This document shows, in pieces, positions 17,824-29,024 of a stretch of 64,000 nt of DNA. A program made the position numbers and the translations under genes. The number at the start of each line of letters is the position of its first letter. The first letter of the stretch is position 1. The notes under the pieces were generated by a model. That model did not search any database. It had not been told where the DNA came from and saw only the letters and a program-made list of their open reading frames with translations. Source of the stretch: Alphaproteobacteria bacterium (lineage in GTDB: Bacteria; Pseudomonadota; Alphaproteobacteria; GCA-2731375); assembly GCA_965232515.1 (NCBI GenBank), contig CBDDPY010000002.1:5184001-5248000 (forward strand). Reading direction: 5' to 3'.

Positions 17824-19563
17824 ATGCGACTCATCAAACCGCCTGGCACCGCCCACCGGCCCGCCGTTCTTTCGAACGCGGAAGCCGAACGGTTGCGCCT
17901 GGCGTTCGGGGCGTCGGGCGACGCCGTCTACGACTGGCGGGTAACGGAAGGGCGGATTTCCTGGTTCGGCAATGCCGCTGCCATGCTGGGGTTGCCGGAC
18001 TGTAGCGAGTTGGAGACGGCGGTCGGGTTTCAATCGCGGATCGGCCCCGACGACGTGCCGACGCGGTCGCTGGCCCTGTCGCGGCATCTTGACGACAACG
18101 CGCCGTTTACTTGCGAATACAAGCTGCGCCGCGGCGACGGTGGGTTCGAGTGGGTACACGAGCACGGCATTGCGGAACGCGGATCCGACGGCAAGCTCGA
18201 GCGCCTCGTCGGTTGCTTGCGGATCGTTACCGAGCAGAAGGTGCGCGAGCACCGGCTCGAACGGCTGGCCTACTATGACGAACTGACCGGCCGGTTGAAC
18301 CGGGTCCGCCTGCTGCAATATCTCAACGGCTCGGTCGAGCGGGCCCAGGCCGGGGGCGGAACGGCCGCCTTCATGGTGGTCAACGTCGACAATCTCGGCA
18401 CCTTGAACGACGCCTACGGCTACGACGTCGCCGACGTGGTGATCGTCGACGTTGCGCGACGGGTCGGCGACGCGCTGCCGCCAGGTTCGCTGCTGGGCCG
18501 GGTCGGCGGCAACCAGTTCGGCGTGATCCTTGAGGATTGCGACGAAATCGAGATGACCGACACCGCCGAGCGCATCCTGGAATCGGTGCGCAACGCCGTG
18601 ATCGAGACGGCGGCCGGACCGATCATCGTCACGGTGACGGTGGGCGGCGTGACGGCGCCGGACCTGGCCGAAGACAGCAAGGCCGCCTTCGGTCGGGCCG
18701 AGGAAGCGCTGGCGCAGGCCAAGCGGGCCGGTCGCGACCGTTTCGTCAGCTACCGCCACTCGGCCGAAGTTATCGAGCAGCGGCGCAGATCCATGGCCAC
18801 CGGCGACCGGGTGCTGCGCGCGCTGAAGGAGCGGCGCCTGAAGCTGGCCTACCAGCCGATCGTCGATATCGGCGATTGCCGGCCGCGGATGTATGAAAGC
18901 CTGCTGCGCATGCTCACCGACGACGGCGAGGTGATCTCGGCCGGCAGCTTCATGGCCGCGGTCGAGGAGCTGGGCCTGATCCGGCTGGTCGACCGCTACA
19001 CGCTGGAAATGGCGGTGGACGAGCTTGTCCAGTCACCCGATGTCACGCTTACCGTGAACGTTTCCGGCATGACGGCGGCCGACGCCAATGCGCTGACCGG
19101 CATGCTGGACCTGGTCAAGGCGCACCAGACGGTGGCCGACCGGCTGGTGCTGGAGATCACCGAGACCGTCGCCATGCAGGATATCGAGAATTCGGCGCGG
19201 TTCGTCGCCAGCCTGCGCGAGCTCGGCTGCCGTGTGGCGCTCGACGATTTCGGCGCCGGCTATACCTCGTTCCGCCATCTGAAGTCCCTCGATGTCGATC
19301 TGGTCAAGATCGACGGCCAATTCGTTCAGGGCGTCGCCGACGATGCCGACAACCAGCTCTTCGTGAAGACGCTGCTGACGCTTTCGAAGGGCCTCGGCCT
19401 GCGGACGGTGGCCGAATGCGTCGAGACCGAGCAGGACGCGCGGTTCCTGCGCGAAAACGGCGTCGATCTCTTGCAGGGCTACCTCTACGGCCGCCCGGAA
19501 CTTGGCCGGCCCTGGGCGCCCGCCGAAACGCCCGCGCTCGGCCGTCAAAATCCGGCGGCCTGA
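17824..19563 (+). CDS. PAS-GGDEF-EAL protein; probable c-di-GMP phosphodiesterase
   Basis: PAS/PAC region, degenerate GGNQF; EAL domain with ESL, EITE, DDFGAGY, KID, QGY. Confidence 0.88.
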   Translation: MRLIKPPGTAHRPAVLSNAEAERLRLAFGASGDAVYDWRVTEGRISWFGNAAAMLGLPDCSELETAVGFQSRIGPDDVPTRSLALSRHLDDNAPFTCEYKLRRGDGGFEWVHEHGIAERGSDGKLERLVGCLRIVTEQKVREHRLERLAYYDELTGRLNRVRLLQYLNGSVERAQAGGGTAAFMVVNVDNLGTLNDAYGYDVADVVIVDVARRVGDALPPGSLLGRVGGNQFGVILEDCDEIEMTDTAERILESVRNAVIETAAGPIIVTVTVGGVTAPDLAEDSKAAFGRAEEALAQAKRAGRDRFVSYRHSAEVIEQRRRSMATGDRVLRALKERRLKLAYQPIVDIGDCRPRMYESLLRMLTDDGEVISAGSFMAAVEELGLIRLVDRYTLEMAVDELVQSPDVTLTVNVSGMTAADANALTGMLDLVKAHQTVADRLVLEITETVAMQDIENSARFVASLRELGCRVALDDFGAGYTSFRHLKSLDVDLVKIDGQFVQGVADDADNQLFVKTLLTLSKGLGLRTVAECVETEQDARFLRENGVDLLQGYLYGRPELGRPWAPAETPALGRQNPAA

Positions 19564-19674
19564 TCCGCCCCGGCCGAACCGTCGGCCGCCAAAAGCTCTT
19601 ATGTCAAATCACTGCCATTGCAATCTATCAGGGCGTATTTTCTAATAATACTCGTTTTCGGATGATCCGAAGCC

Positions 19675-20166
19675 TTACGACCGGTCTGCGGTTTCTGCAA
19701 AAAGCGCCGCCAATGTCGTGAAAGTGCGTCGCCAGTTGTCGCCAATGCTCGGGCGCAGGTCTTTGGGACGTTTCACGGTGTGGATGAGCCGGAGATCCGT
19801 TCCACCGCCCTTCGCAGCAAAATTCACCTCTATTTCCGCGTGGAGAGTCGACTCTCGCTCGCCATTCGCGTGTGTGACGACGCGCGACCAGGTAAAGACC
19901 AGACGCTCGCCGGGCCGGACGTCGAGGTATTCGCCCTCGTAGCCGACGCTTTTCGCCGCGTCCTGAGACGTCAGAAACCGCCAGGTGCCGCCGGGGCGCA
20001 GATCGATTGTCGCCGAGAGCAGCGAATTCGGCGCTGGGCCAAACCACTTCACGATGCGTTTCGGGTCTGTCCAGGCCGCGAAGACCTTCGCCGGCGAGGC
20101 CGCGAAATAGCATTCGACAACGACGGGCTCGTTGTCGATATCGGCGCCGTCATGGCCAAAATTCAC
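19675..20166 (-). CDS. SRPBCC (AHSA1/START-like) domain protein
   Basis: KVFAAWTDP..KWFGP, DLRPGG, RLVFTW; GTG overlaps the ArsR stop (GTGA). Confidence 0.85.
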   Translation of the reverse strand: MNFGHDGADIDNEPVVVECYFAASPAKVFAAWTDPKRIVKWFGPAPNSLLSATIDLRPGGTWRFLTSQDAAKSVGYEGEYLDVRPGERLVFTWSRVVTHANGERESTLHAEIEVNFAAKGGGTDLRLIHTVKRPKDLRPSIGDNWRRTFTTLAALFAETADRS

Positions 20167-20480
20167 GTCGCGTCCTCCGCCAGGTGCCGAGCCAGATGGT
20201 CGAACTGCTGTGACCAGAAAGCGCGGAAATCCCACAACCATTCGGACGCCGCCTTCATACGACCAGCGTTCAGTCGGCAATGTCGGGTGCGGCCACGCTT
20301 TTCAACAATCACCAGGCCGGCGTCGCTCAGCACACGGACATGCTTGGACACGGCCGGTTGCGTCATGTCGAAGGGCTTGGCCAGGTCTGAAAGACGGGCC
20401 TCGCCAAAGGCGAGCCGCTGCAGAATGGCGCGGCGCGTGCCGTCGCTGAGCGCGGAGAAGGTCCTGTCGAGGTCGTTCAT
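20163..20480 (-). CDS. ArsR/SmtB family transcriptional regulator
   Basis: FSALSDGTRRAIL, QPAVSKHVRVL wHTH. Confidence 0.9.
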   Translation of the reverse strand: MNDLDRTFSALSDGTRRAILQRLAFGEARLSDLAKPFDMTQPAVSKHVRVLSDAGLVIVEKRGRTRHCRLNAGRMKAASEWLWDFRAFWSQQFDHLARHLAEDAT

Positions 20481-20623
20481 CGCTTTTCCGGAGTTTACTA
20501 AACTGACTGGTTGACTATATAACATGATTCGTATAGTAAACCTATTGGTAAAGTTTTGGTGCAACCGGCAACCGGTCCAAGACCGACCGGGCATCGGCTC
20601 GCCGGGGAAAATGGGGACTTGGA

Positions 20624-21208
20624 ATGAGAGATCTTGCTGTTTTGACGTTCATGACGCTCGACGGCGTCATGCAGGCGCCCGCGCATGCTGAAGAAGACCC
20701 GTCGGGCGGCTTCGCGCACGGCGGCTGGGCCGCCAACTATTGGGGCGAGGTGATGGCGCAAGTGATGGACGAGGCGATGGCCGCGCCCTATGACCTCCTG
20801 CTGGGCCGAAAGACCTATGAGAGCTTTGCCGGCCACTGGCCCCACGTCGACAACGACCCGCACGCCGACATTCTGAACAACGCCACAAAGTACGTCGCGA
20901 CATCCACGCTGCAGGATCTTGCGTGGAAAAACGCCGTGCCCATTTCCGGCGACATCGCCGCGGAAGTATCGCGGCTGAAAGATCAGGACGGGCCCTTGCT
21001 GCAGATCCATGGCAGTTGGCAGCTGATCCAGACCCTTCTTGCCCAACAGCTTATCGACGAGTTTCGGCTATGGACCTTTCCGCTCGTGGTCGGTTCCGGA
21101 AAACGCCTGTTCGGCCAGCAGACCGCGCCCACGGACCTGGCGCTCGTGAAGACGAAATCGACCGCGAACGGCGCGGTGATGAGCATCTATCGGCGCGCGG
21201 ACCCATAG
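20624..21208 (+). CDS. Dihydrofolate reductase-like (RibD C-terminal domain) protein
   Basis: MTLDGVMQAP, LLLGRKTYE, GSGKRLF. Confidence 0.87.
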   Translation: MRDLAVLTFMTLDGVMQAPAHAEEDPSGGFAHGGWAANYWGEVMAQVMDEAMAAPYDLLLGRKTYESFAGHWPHVDNDPHADILNNATKYVATSTLQDLAWKNAVPISGDIAAEVSRLKDQDGPLLQIHGSWQLIQTLLAQQLIDEFRLWTFPLVVGSGKRLFGQQTAPTDLALVKTKSTANGAVMSIYRRADP

Positions 21209-21428
21209 CGGCGGCGGGGAAAAAAGCGCCCTCGGCCCGGCCGCTCCCGGTCGCATGATAAAGTATGCCATGACATGGATATGATTGTAAGAACATGGCA
21301 ACATAAATATGTTATGACATCGATCTAGCTTTTCGGCCGAAATCCGGCGTCCGTCAGGCTTATGCCGTGCAGGTCGACGCCCGTTTCGTTCCGGAAACGG
21401 GTCGGGGCGGACTTGCTATCAAACGGTT

Positions 21429-22550
21429 TCAGCGGGGCCGGTCGGCGAGCGTCCGGCGGTCGAACGAGATGCTCTTGACCAGCGCGAAGACCGGCTTGCC
21501 GGCCTCGAGCGCAAGGTCGGCGAGCGCTTCGCGCGTGACCCGCGCCCTGAGGCGGCCGCCGCCGATGTCGATCAGCGTTTCGGCGAACGCCGTGCCGGGC
21601 TCTTCGCGGATCTCGGCAATGGTGCCGGCAAAGACGTTGCGGATGCTGATCGCCTCCGGCTTGCGTGTGGTGAGCGCCACGTCGCGGGCGCGCACGCGCA
21701 GGCGCACCTCGTCACCGATGCCGAGATCGACGAACGGAATGGCGATTTCCTGGCCGTGGTGATCGAGCCGGGTCAGGTCGTAGGTCCGGTCCTGCGCCGT
21801 CACCGTGGCGGTCAGCACCACGCCGGCTTCGAAACGCCCGGTCGCCGGCTGCAGGTCGAGGCGTTCCAGGATGCGCTCGACCGGCCCCTCGGCCAGCTTG
21901 CGGCCCGCCGACAGCACCACCATGCGGTCGGCCAGCTGCGTCACCTCGGCGATGTCATGGCTGACATAGAGGATCGGGATCGACAGCTCTCTGTGCAGCA
22001 ACTCGAAATAGGCCAGGATCTCGTCCCGAGTCGCCCGGTCGAGGGCCGACAGCGGCTCGTCCATCAACAGCAGCTGCGGCTGCGACAGCAGCGCCCGGCC
22101 GACGGCGACGCGCTGACGCTCGCCGCCCGACAGCGCCGCCGGCGCCCGATCCAGCAGATGGCCGATGCCGAGCAGGTCGACGACGTCGTCGAAGCCGAGC
22201 GCGTTGTCCGCGCCGTTGCGCGCCGCGCGCCGGCTGCCGTAGCGCAGATTTTTCGCCACCGACAGGTGCGGGAACAGGCTCGCCTCCTGGAACACATAAC
22301 CGACCGCGCGGTCATGGGGTTTGCGGAACACACCCGTCTCGTGATCCTGCCAGATGTCGGCGCCGACGGTCAGCCGACCGGGCAGCCGGTGCAAACCGGC
22401 GATGCAGCGCAGGATCGTGGTCTTGCCGCAGCCCGAGGCGCCGAACAGCGCGGTGATGCCGCGCATGGGGGCGGTGAAGGCGACATCGAGCGAGAAGGCG
22501 CCGATGCTGCCAGCGAAGGCGACGTCGATGGTGCCCGTGTCCCGGTTCAC
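21429..22550 (-). CDS. modC: Molybdate ABC transporter ATPase
   Basis: [21 protein letters not shown]-terminal TOBE (SIRN); GTG overlaps the modB stop. Confidence 0.92.
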   Translation of the reverse strand: MNRDTGTIDVAFAGSIGAFSLDVAFTAPMRGITALFGASGCGKTTILRCIAGLHRLPGRLTVGADIWQDHETGVFRKPHDRAVGYVFQEASLFPHLSVAKNLRYGSRRAARNGADNALGFDDVVDLLGIGHLLDRAPAALSGGERQRVAVGRALLSQPQLLLMDEPLSALDRATRDEILAYFELLHRELSIPILYVSHDIAEVTQLADRMVVLSAGRKLAEGPVERILERLDLQPATGRFEAGVVLTATVTAQDRTYDLTRLDHHGQEIAIPFVDLGIGDEVRLRVRARDVALTTRKPEAISIRNVFAGTIAEIREEPGTAFAETLIDIGGGRLRARVTREALADLALEAGKPVFALVKSISFDRRTLADRPR

Positions 22551-23230
22551 GGGCCCGGCCGCCCGAGGCGCTTTTCCAGCAACATCATCGACAGAATGAC
22601 GACGAAGGCGAAGACCAGCATGCCGGCGGCCAGGATATGCGCCTCGGTCCATCGCAGGGTCTCGACATAGTCGTAGATCGCCACCGACAGCACCTTGGTT
22701 TCGCCCGGTATGTTGCCGCCGATCATCAGCACGACGCCGAATTCGCCGACGGTATGCGCGAAGCCGAGCACGGCGCCGGTCATGAAGCCCGGCCGGGCCA
22801 GCGGCACCGCCACGGTCCAGAAGGCGTCCCAGGGCGAGGCGCGCAGCGTCGCCGCGACCTCCAGCGGCCGGTCGCCGAAGGCCTCGAAGGCGTTGCGGAT
22901 CGGCTGCACGACGAACGGCATGGAATAGAACACCGAGCCGATCACCAGGCCCTCGAAGGTGAAGGCCAGCGAACGTCCGCCGAACAGCCCGGCGATCCAG
23001 CCGCCCGGCCCGTCCGGCCCCAGCGCGATCAGCAGATAGAAGCCCAGCACCGTGGGCGGCAGGACGAGCGGCAGGGCGACGACGGCCGCCACCGCTTCCT
23101 TCCAGCGGGCCCGCGAGCGCGCCAGCCACCAGGCGATCGGCGTCCCGATGATCAGCAGCACGATCGTCGTGGTCGCCGCCAGTTCCAGGGTCAGGCGGAT
23201 CGGCGGCCAGAGCTCGGCAAGGTCAAGCAT
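22547..23230 (-). CDS. modB: Molybdate ABC transporter permease
   Basis: [31 protein letters not shown]. Confidence 0.93.
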   Translation of the reverse strand: MLDLAELWPPIRLTLELAATTTIVLLIIGTPIAWWLARSRARWKEAVAAVVALPLVLPPTVLGFYLLIALGPDGPGGWIAGLFGGRSLAFTFEGLVIGSVFYSMPFVVQPIRNAFEAFGDRPLEVAATLRASPWDAFWTVAVPLARPGFMTGAVLGFAHTVGEFGVVLMIGGNIPGETKVLSVAIYDYVETLRWTEAHILAAGMLVFAFVVILSMMLLEKRLGRPGP

Positions 23231-23244
23231 CGGCCGAATGATGG

Positions 23245-24036
23245 CTATTCGCCGGTCCCGTAGCCATACATTTCCGTCACCCGGCGCGCGGCCGGCGATT
23301 GCAGAAAGGCGACGAAAGCGCGTGCGGCCGCGTTGTCCGCCGCCCGCGTCAACAGAACGGCATCCTGGGCAATGGGGGTGTAGAGCGCGTCCGGCACCGG
23401 CCAGCGCGACCCGTGGCCGTGGCCGGCGATCTGCGCGCGCGCCACGAATCCGAGCTCGGCGTTGCCGGTGGCGACGAACTGATAGGTCTGCGCGATATTG
23501 TTGCCCTGCACGATCTTCGGCCTCAAATCGTCGTAGAGCCCCAGCGCCGTCATGGCCTCGACAGCGGCGGCGCCGTAGGGCGCGGTGACGGGGTTGGCGA
23601 GCGCGAGGCGCGTGAAGGCGCCGTCGCGCAAGGTGGTCTCACCGGTTACCAGCTCGGGGTCGTTGCTGAACAGCACGATCCGGCCGGTCACGTAGGTGAA
23701 GCGGCTCTCCGGCACCGCGAACCCTTCGTCGACGGCGCGTTTGGGGCGGGCCTGGTCGGCGGCCAGGAACACGTCGAACGGCGCGCCTTGCGTGATCTGG
23801 GTATAAAGCTGGCCGGTCGAGCCGAAGCTCAGGATCATGTCGTGACCGGTCTCTGCCTCGAACAGTGCGCCGATCTGCCTGGCCGCCTCCGTGAAATTGG
23901 CCGCCACCGCCGCCCGGACCTCGCCGGCGACGGCCGGTCCCGGCAGCGCGATCAGCAGCAGCGACGCGGCAGCCAGGGCCGTGCGCGCCGTCCGGCAAAT
24001 CGGCCTCGCCGCGGACAACCTATTGCCGCTCCACAA
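23245..24036 (-). CDS. modA: Molybdate-binding periplasmic protein
   Basis: Signal peptide, [31 protein letters not shown]; TTG start abuts the phaR stop. Confidence 0.9.
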   Translation of the reverse strand: MWSGNRLSAARPICRTARTALAAASLLLIALPGPAVAGEVRAAVAANFTEAARQIGALFEAETGHDMILSFGSTGQLYTQITQGAPFDVFLAADQARPKRAVDEGFAVPESRFTYVTGRIVLFSNDPELVTGETTLRDGAFTRLALANPVTAPYGAAAVEAMTALGLYDDLRPKIVQGNNIAQTYQFVATGNAELGFVARAQIAGHGHGSRWPVPDALYTPIAQDAVLLTRAADNAAARAFVAFLQSPAARRVTEMYGYGTGE

Positions 24037-24639
24037 CTAATCCTTCTTGTCGGCGAGCGCGTTGAGCTGTTGCTGCATGCGGTTGAGCTGGTCGCGCAAC
24101 CGCGTCAACTCGTCGCTATCGGGTTCCTTGCCCGTCGCCGGCGCTTCCGAATTGCCGTCCGGCGGGGCGCCGGCCGCGCCGAAGGGGTTGAGCATGCTCA
24201 TCGCCTGCTGGAACATCGCGACGTTCTGCCGGCCCATCTCCTCCATCTGGCGGAACGGGAACATGTCGCCGAACGCCTCGGACATGCGTTGGCGCATCTG
24301 CTCCTGGTTGCGGGCGAACGCTTCCATGCTCATTTCCAGGTAGCCCGGCACCAGCGTCTGCAGACTGTCGTCATAGAACCGGATCAACTGCCGCAGGAAC
24401 TGGATCGGCAACAGGTTCTGACCCTTGCTCTCTTCCTCGAAGATGATCTGGGTCAGCACGGAGCGCGTGATGTCCTCGCCGGTCTTGGCGTCCTCGACGA
24501 CGAAATCCGTGCCGTCCTTGACCATCTGGCAGAGATGCTCAAGCGTCACATAGCTGCTCGTCGCGGTGTTATAGAGGCGCCGGTTCGCGTATTTCTTGAT
24601 CTTGATGGCGGCGCCGTCCTGCCCGGCCTTTTCTGCCAC
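24037..24639 (-). CDS. phaR: PHA synthesis repressor PhaR
   Basis: IKKYANRRLYNT, DAKTGEDITRSVLTQIIFEEE, LLPIQFLRQLI. Confidence 0.95.
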   Translation of the reverse strand: MAEKAGQDGAAIKIKKYANRRLYNTATSSYVTLEHLCQMVKDGTDFVVEDAKTGEDITRSVLTQIIFEEESKGQNLLPIQFLRQLIRFYDDSLQTLVPGYLEMSMEAFARNQEQMRQRMSEAFGDMFPFRQMEEMGRQNVAMFQQAMSMLNPFGAAGAPPDGNSEAPATGKEPDSDELTRLRDQLNRMQQQLNALADKKD

Positions 24640-24730
24640 TACCGTTCTGCCACGAATTGCGTCTCCGATCGGTCGGTTCGGCCCGGTTTGTCGATGTTCC
24701 GGGCCGGTCGGGCCAACTATCGCGCGCAAA

Positions 24731-24763
24731 TGTTGCGGCGCGCAAGTCTTTGTTGCAGCGCGC
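24731..24763. promoter_or_regulatory. Putative PhaR operator (direct repeat)
   Basis: TGTTGC(G/A)GCGCGC twice with 20-bp period between phaR and the divergent gene; TGC-N3-GC type. Confidence 0.55.
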
Positions 24764-24841
24764 CATTCCCGATCGGACGCCGGCTCGCGGCCGCTCCGGG
24801 GCGTGCTGGCGCTGTCCACGGTGCGGCGATATAGTCGGGCC

Positions 24842-25201
24842 ATGCCCGCCGCCGAAGACCTCGACGATCTGGCCCGGCGTTACCTCGATCTATGGGAGCG
24901 TCAGTGCGCGGCGCTGGCATTGCAGCCCGCCGTCGCCGAGGGATTCGCCGCCTGGCTCGAGGCCGTGCGGTCGGCGACGGCGATGACCACCGCGATGACA
25001 AGGAGCGACCGTGACGGTCAGGCAGACAGCGGTCAGGGAAGCGGCGACGCCGGCGGAGCCGCGGCAGGGGCCGCGGCCGATGGCGCTGCATCTGGCGGTG
25101 GCGATGGCGACCTCGATGTCCTCGCTCGCCGCCTTGCCGATTGCGCGCGGCGGCTCGCTGACCTGGGACCCGTCGCTGGACGAACAGGCCGCGACGATTA
25201 G
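24842..25201 (+). CDS. Small protein overlapping the phaC-like gene (candidate synthase partner)
   Basis: N-terminal amphipathic LDDLARRYLDLWERQ, Gly/Ala linker, C-terminal heptad LDVLARRLADCARRLADL. Confidence 0.6.
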   Translation: MPAAEDLDDLARRYLDLWERQCAALALQPAVAEGFAAWLEAVRSATAMTTAMTRSDRDGQADSGQGSGDAGGAAAGAAADGAASGGGDGDLDVLARRLADCARRLADLGPVAGRTGRDD

Positions 25202-26261
25202 CCGGCTGCTGTCGGCGTCGGAGCCCGGCGCCGTGGCCGCCGCCGTCGCCGCCGAAAGCCAGCGCCGGCTGACCGAGATGCTGGCCGGCATCCAGGCTTA
25301 TCAGGCGCATCCCTATCGTCGGGATCTGGCGGATGTGCCGGTGGTCTGGCGCGAGGGCAGCACCCGGCTGATGGACTATGGCGGCACGCCGGATGCACCG
25401 ACCGTGCTGTTCGTGCCGTCGCTTGTGAACCGGGCTTACATCCTCGACCTGTCGGTGCGGCGCAGCCTGCTGCGCTGGCTGGCGGCGAATGGTGTGCGGC
25501 CGCTGCTGGTCGACTGGGCCGCGCCGGGGCTCGACGAACGCGATTTCGACCTGACCGACTATATCGCCGGCCGCCTCGAGCGGGCGCTCGACGCCGCGCT
25601 GCACCTCGCGGACGGCAAGGTCGGCCTCGTCGGCTATTGCATGGGCGGCAATCTGGCGCTGGCCCTGGCCTTGCGCCGGCCAGACGATCTCACCCGGCTG
25701 GCATTGATGGCGACACCGTGGGATTTCCAAGCCGAGCTGGGCGCACAGGCCCGTCTGTTCGCGGCCCTGGAAGAGGTGCTGGACGACATCCTCGCTGCCT
25801 TCGGCGAGCTGCCCGTCGACATCCTGCAGGCCATGTTCGCCGGGCTTGATCCCAACCTGGCGGCGCGCAAGTTCCGCCGCTTCGCCCGCCTCGATCCGGC
25901 CGGCAAGCCGGCCGCCGACTTCGTGGCGCTGGAGGACTGGCTGAACGACGGCGTGCCGCTGGTGTCCAAGGTGGCGCGGGAATGCCTGGTCGGCTGGTAC
26001 GGACGGAACGAGGCGCTGGCCGGTGAATGGCGTATTGCCGGCGAGCCGGTGGCACCGGAGCGGCTGACCCTGCCGGCGCTGCTGGCGATGCCGGCCGACG
26101 ATCGGATCGTGCCGCCGGCCTCGGCTCAGGCGCTGGCCGACCGCCTGCCGCGGACGACGACGATTTCGCCGCGGGCCGGCCATATCGGCATGGTCGCCGG
26201 CAGCCGCGCCAAACGCGCGCTCTGGCAGCCGTTACGGGATTGGCTGGTCTCTGATCTCTGA
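25011..26261 (+). CDS. phaC: PHA synthase-like alpha/beta hydrolase (class III PhaC-like)
   Basis: VPSLVNRAYILDL, lipase box GYCMGG, DDRIVP, GHIGM; AAGGAG SD before GTG. Confidence 0.78.
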   Translation: MTVRQTAVREAATPAEPRQGPRPMALHLAVAMATSMSSLAALPIARGGSLTWDPSLDEQAATISRLLSASEPGAVAAAVAAESQRRLTEMLAGIQAYQAHPYRRDLADVPVVWREGSTRLMDYGGTPDAPTVLFVPSLVNRAYILDLSVRRSLLRWLAANGVRPLLVDWAAPGLDERDFDLTDYIAGRLERALDAALHLADGKVGLVGYCMGGNLALALALRRPDDLTRLALMATPWDFQAELGAQARLFAALEEVLDDILAAFGELPVDILQAMFAGLDPNLAARKFRRFARLDPAGKPAADFVALEDWLNDGVPLVSKVARECLVGWYGRNEALAGEWRIAGEPVAPERLTLPALLAMPADDRIVPPASAQALADRLPRTTTISPRAGHIGMVAGSRAKRALWQPLRDWLVSDL

Positions 26262-27635
<1,374 letters not shown>

Positions 27636-27660
27636 CGCAAATTTAGTTGTTCCAAATCAT

Positions 27661-27692
27661 TGGGCCGCCCCTCGGGGCGGCCCATATTTTTT
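27661..27692 (+). terminator. Rho-independent terminator-like hairpin between phaA and phaB
   Basis: TGGGCCGCCCC-TC-GGGGCGGCCCA followed by TATTTTTT. Confidence 0.7.
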
Positions 27693-27810
27693 GCGTGGCC
27701 GCCGAGCACGGCTGACAGGGGTCGACGGATCGTGGTTTGATGACCGTGCCGACCGGCTGGGAGACGGCGGCACAAAAACGCACCAGGCTGGACAGCGGAG
27801 GAATCAGGTT

Positions 27811-28533
27811 ATGGCCAGAGTAGCGATAGTTACCGGCGGCACGCGTGGCATCGGCCGGGCGATCTGCGTCGCCCTGAAGGATGCCGGCTTTTCGGTGGCG
27901 GCCAACTATGGGGGGAACGACGAGGCTGCGCATCGGTTTTCGGAAGAAACCGGCATCACGGCCTACAAGTGGAATGTCGCGGACTACGACGCCTGCCAGC
28001 AGGGCTGCGCCCGGGTGGCGGAAGAGCTCGGGAACGTCGACGTGCTGGTCAACAACGCGGGCATAACGCGGGACGGGACCCTCATCCGCATGAGCCAGGA
28101 GGACTGGCAGGCGGTGATCGACACCAATCTCGGCTCCTGCTTCAACATGGCGAAGGCGGTGTTTCCGGCCATGCGCGAGAACCGCTTCGGGCGGATCGTG
28201 AACATCGGCTCGATCAACGGCCAGGCCGGCCAGTACGGCCAGGTCAATTACGCGGCCGCGAAATCCGGCATCCACGGCTTCACCAAGGCGCTCGCCCAGG
28301 AAGGCGCGCGCTACAACATCACGGTCAACGCCATCGCGCCGGGCTATATCGACACCGACATGGTGGCCGCCGTGCCGGACAACGTGCTGGAGAAGATCAT
28401 TTCGGGCATCCCGGTCGGTCGCCTCGGCCATGCCGACGAGATCGCCCGCGGCGTCGCCTTCCTGGTCTCGGACGACGCCACGTTCATCACCGGCTCGACC
28501 ATGTCGATCAACGGCGGTCAGCACATGTACTGA
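27811..28533 (+). CDS. phaB: Acetoacetyl-CoA reductase
   Basis: TGGTRGIG, NNAGITRD, NGQAGQYGQVNYAAAK, NGGQHMY. Confidence 0.95.
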   Translation: MARVAIVTGGTRGIGRAICVALKDAGFSVAANYGGNDEAAHRFSEETGITAYKWNVADYDACQQGCARVAEELGNVDVLVNNAGITRDGTLIRMSQEDWQAVIDTNLGSCFNMAKAVFPAMRENRFGRIVNIGSINGQAGQYGQVNYAAAKSGIHGFTKALAQEGARYNITVNAIAPGYIDTDMVAAVPDNVLEKIISGIPVGRLGHADEIARGVAFLVSDDATFITGSTMSINGGQHMY

Positions 28534-28610
28534 GATCGGCTAACATCAGTCGTTTCGGCGGCCGGCGCGGTTTCCGTTGCCGGCCGTCTGTTATTTCGCG
28601 GGAGGTTGAT

Positions 28611-29024
28611 ATGAAGCAAACCATGGTGGTCCCCGTCAGCGAAGCCGACGCCGGGCCGGAAGTAAAAGCGGTCTACGACGACATCAAGGCGACGCGCGGC
28701 ATCGACTCGATCCCGAACTTCTGGCGCACGATCGCGCACCACCCGCCGCTGCTGCGCCGGACCTGGGAGACGCTGAAGGAGATCATGGCGCCGGGCGCGC
28801 TCGATCCGCTGACCAAGGAGATGATCGCCGTCGCCGTCAGCGCCACCAACGGCTGCGAATACTGCATCCGCTCGCACACGGCGTCGGCCCGCAAGCTCGG
28901 GCTGACCGACGAGATGTTCGGTGAGCTGATGAGCGTCGTCGGCATGTTCAACGAAACCAACCGCCTGGCCGAGGCCTACCAGGTCGAGCCCGACGCCGCC
29001 TTCTTCCGCCGCGAGGACAGCTAG
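28611..29024 (+). CDS. Carboxymuconolactone decarboxylase/AhpD-like protein
   Basis: KEMIAVAVSATNGCEYCIRSH (CxxC...H); GGAGG SD. Confidence 0.87.
   Translation: MKQTMVVPVSEADAGPEVKAVYDDIKATRGIDSIPNFWRTIAHHPPLLRRTWETLKEIMAPGALDPLTKEMIAVAVSATNGCEYCIRSHTASARKLGLTDEMFGELMSVVGMFNETNRLAEAYQVEPDAAFFRREDS

Noticed and set aside
21429-23129. Apparent modB-modC frameshift/fusion (566 aa)
   Set aside because: Ordinary GTGA stop/start overlap at 22547-22550; the same explanation applies to 46285-47793 and 47031-48392
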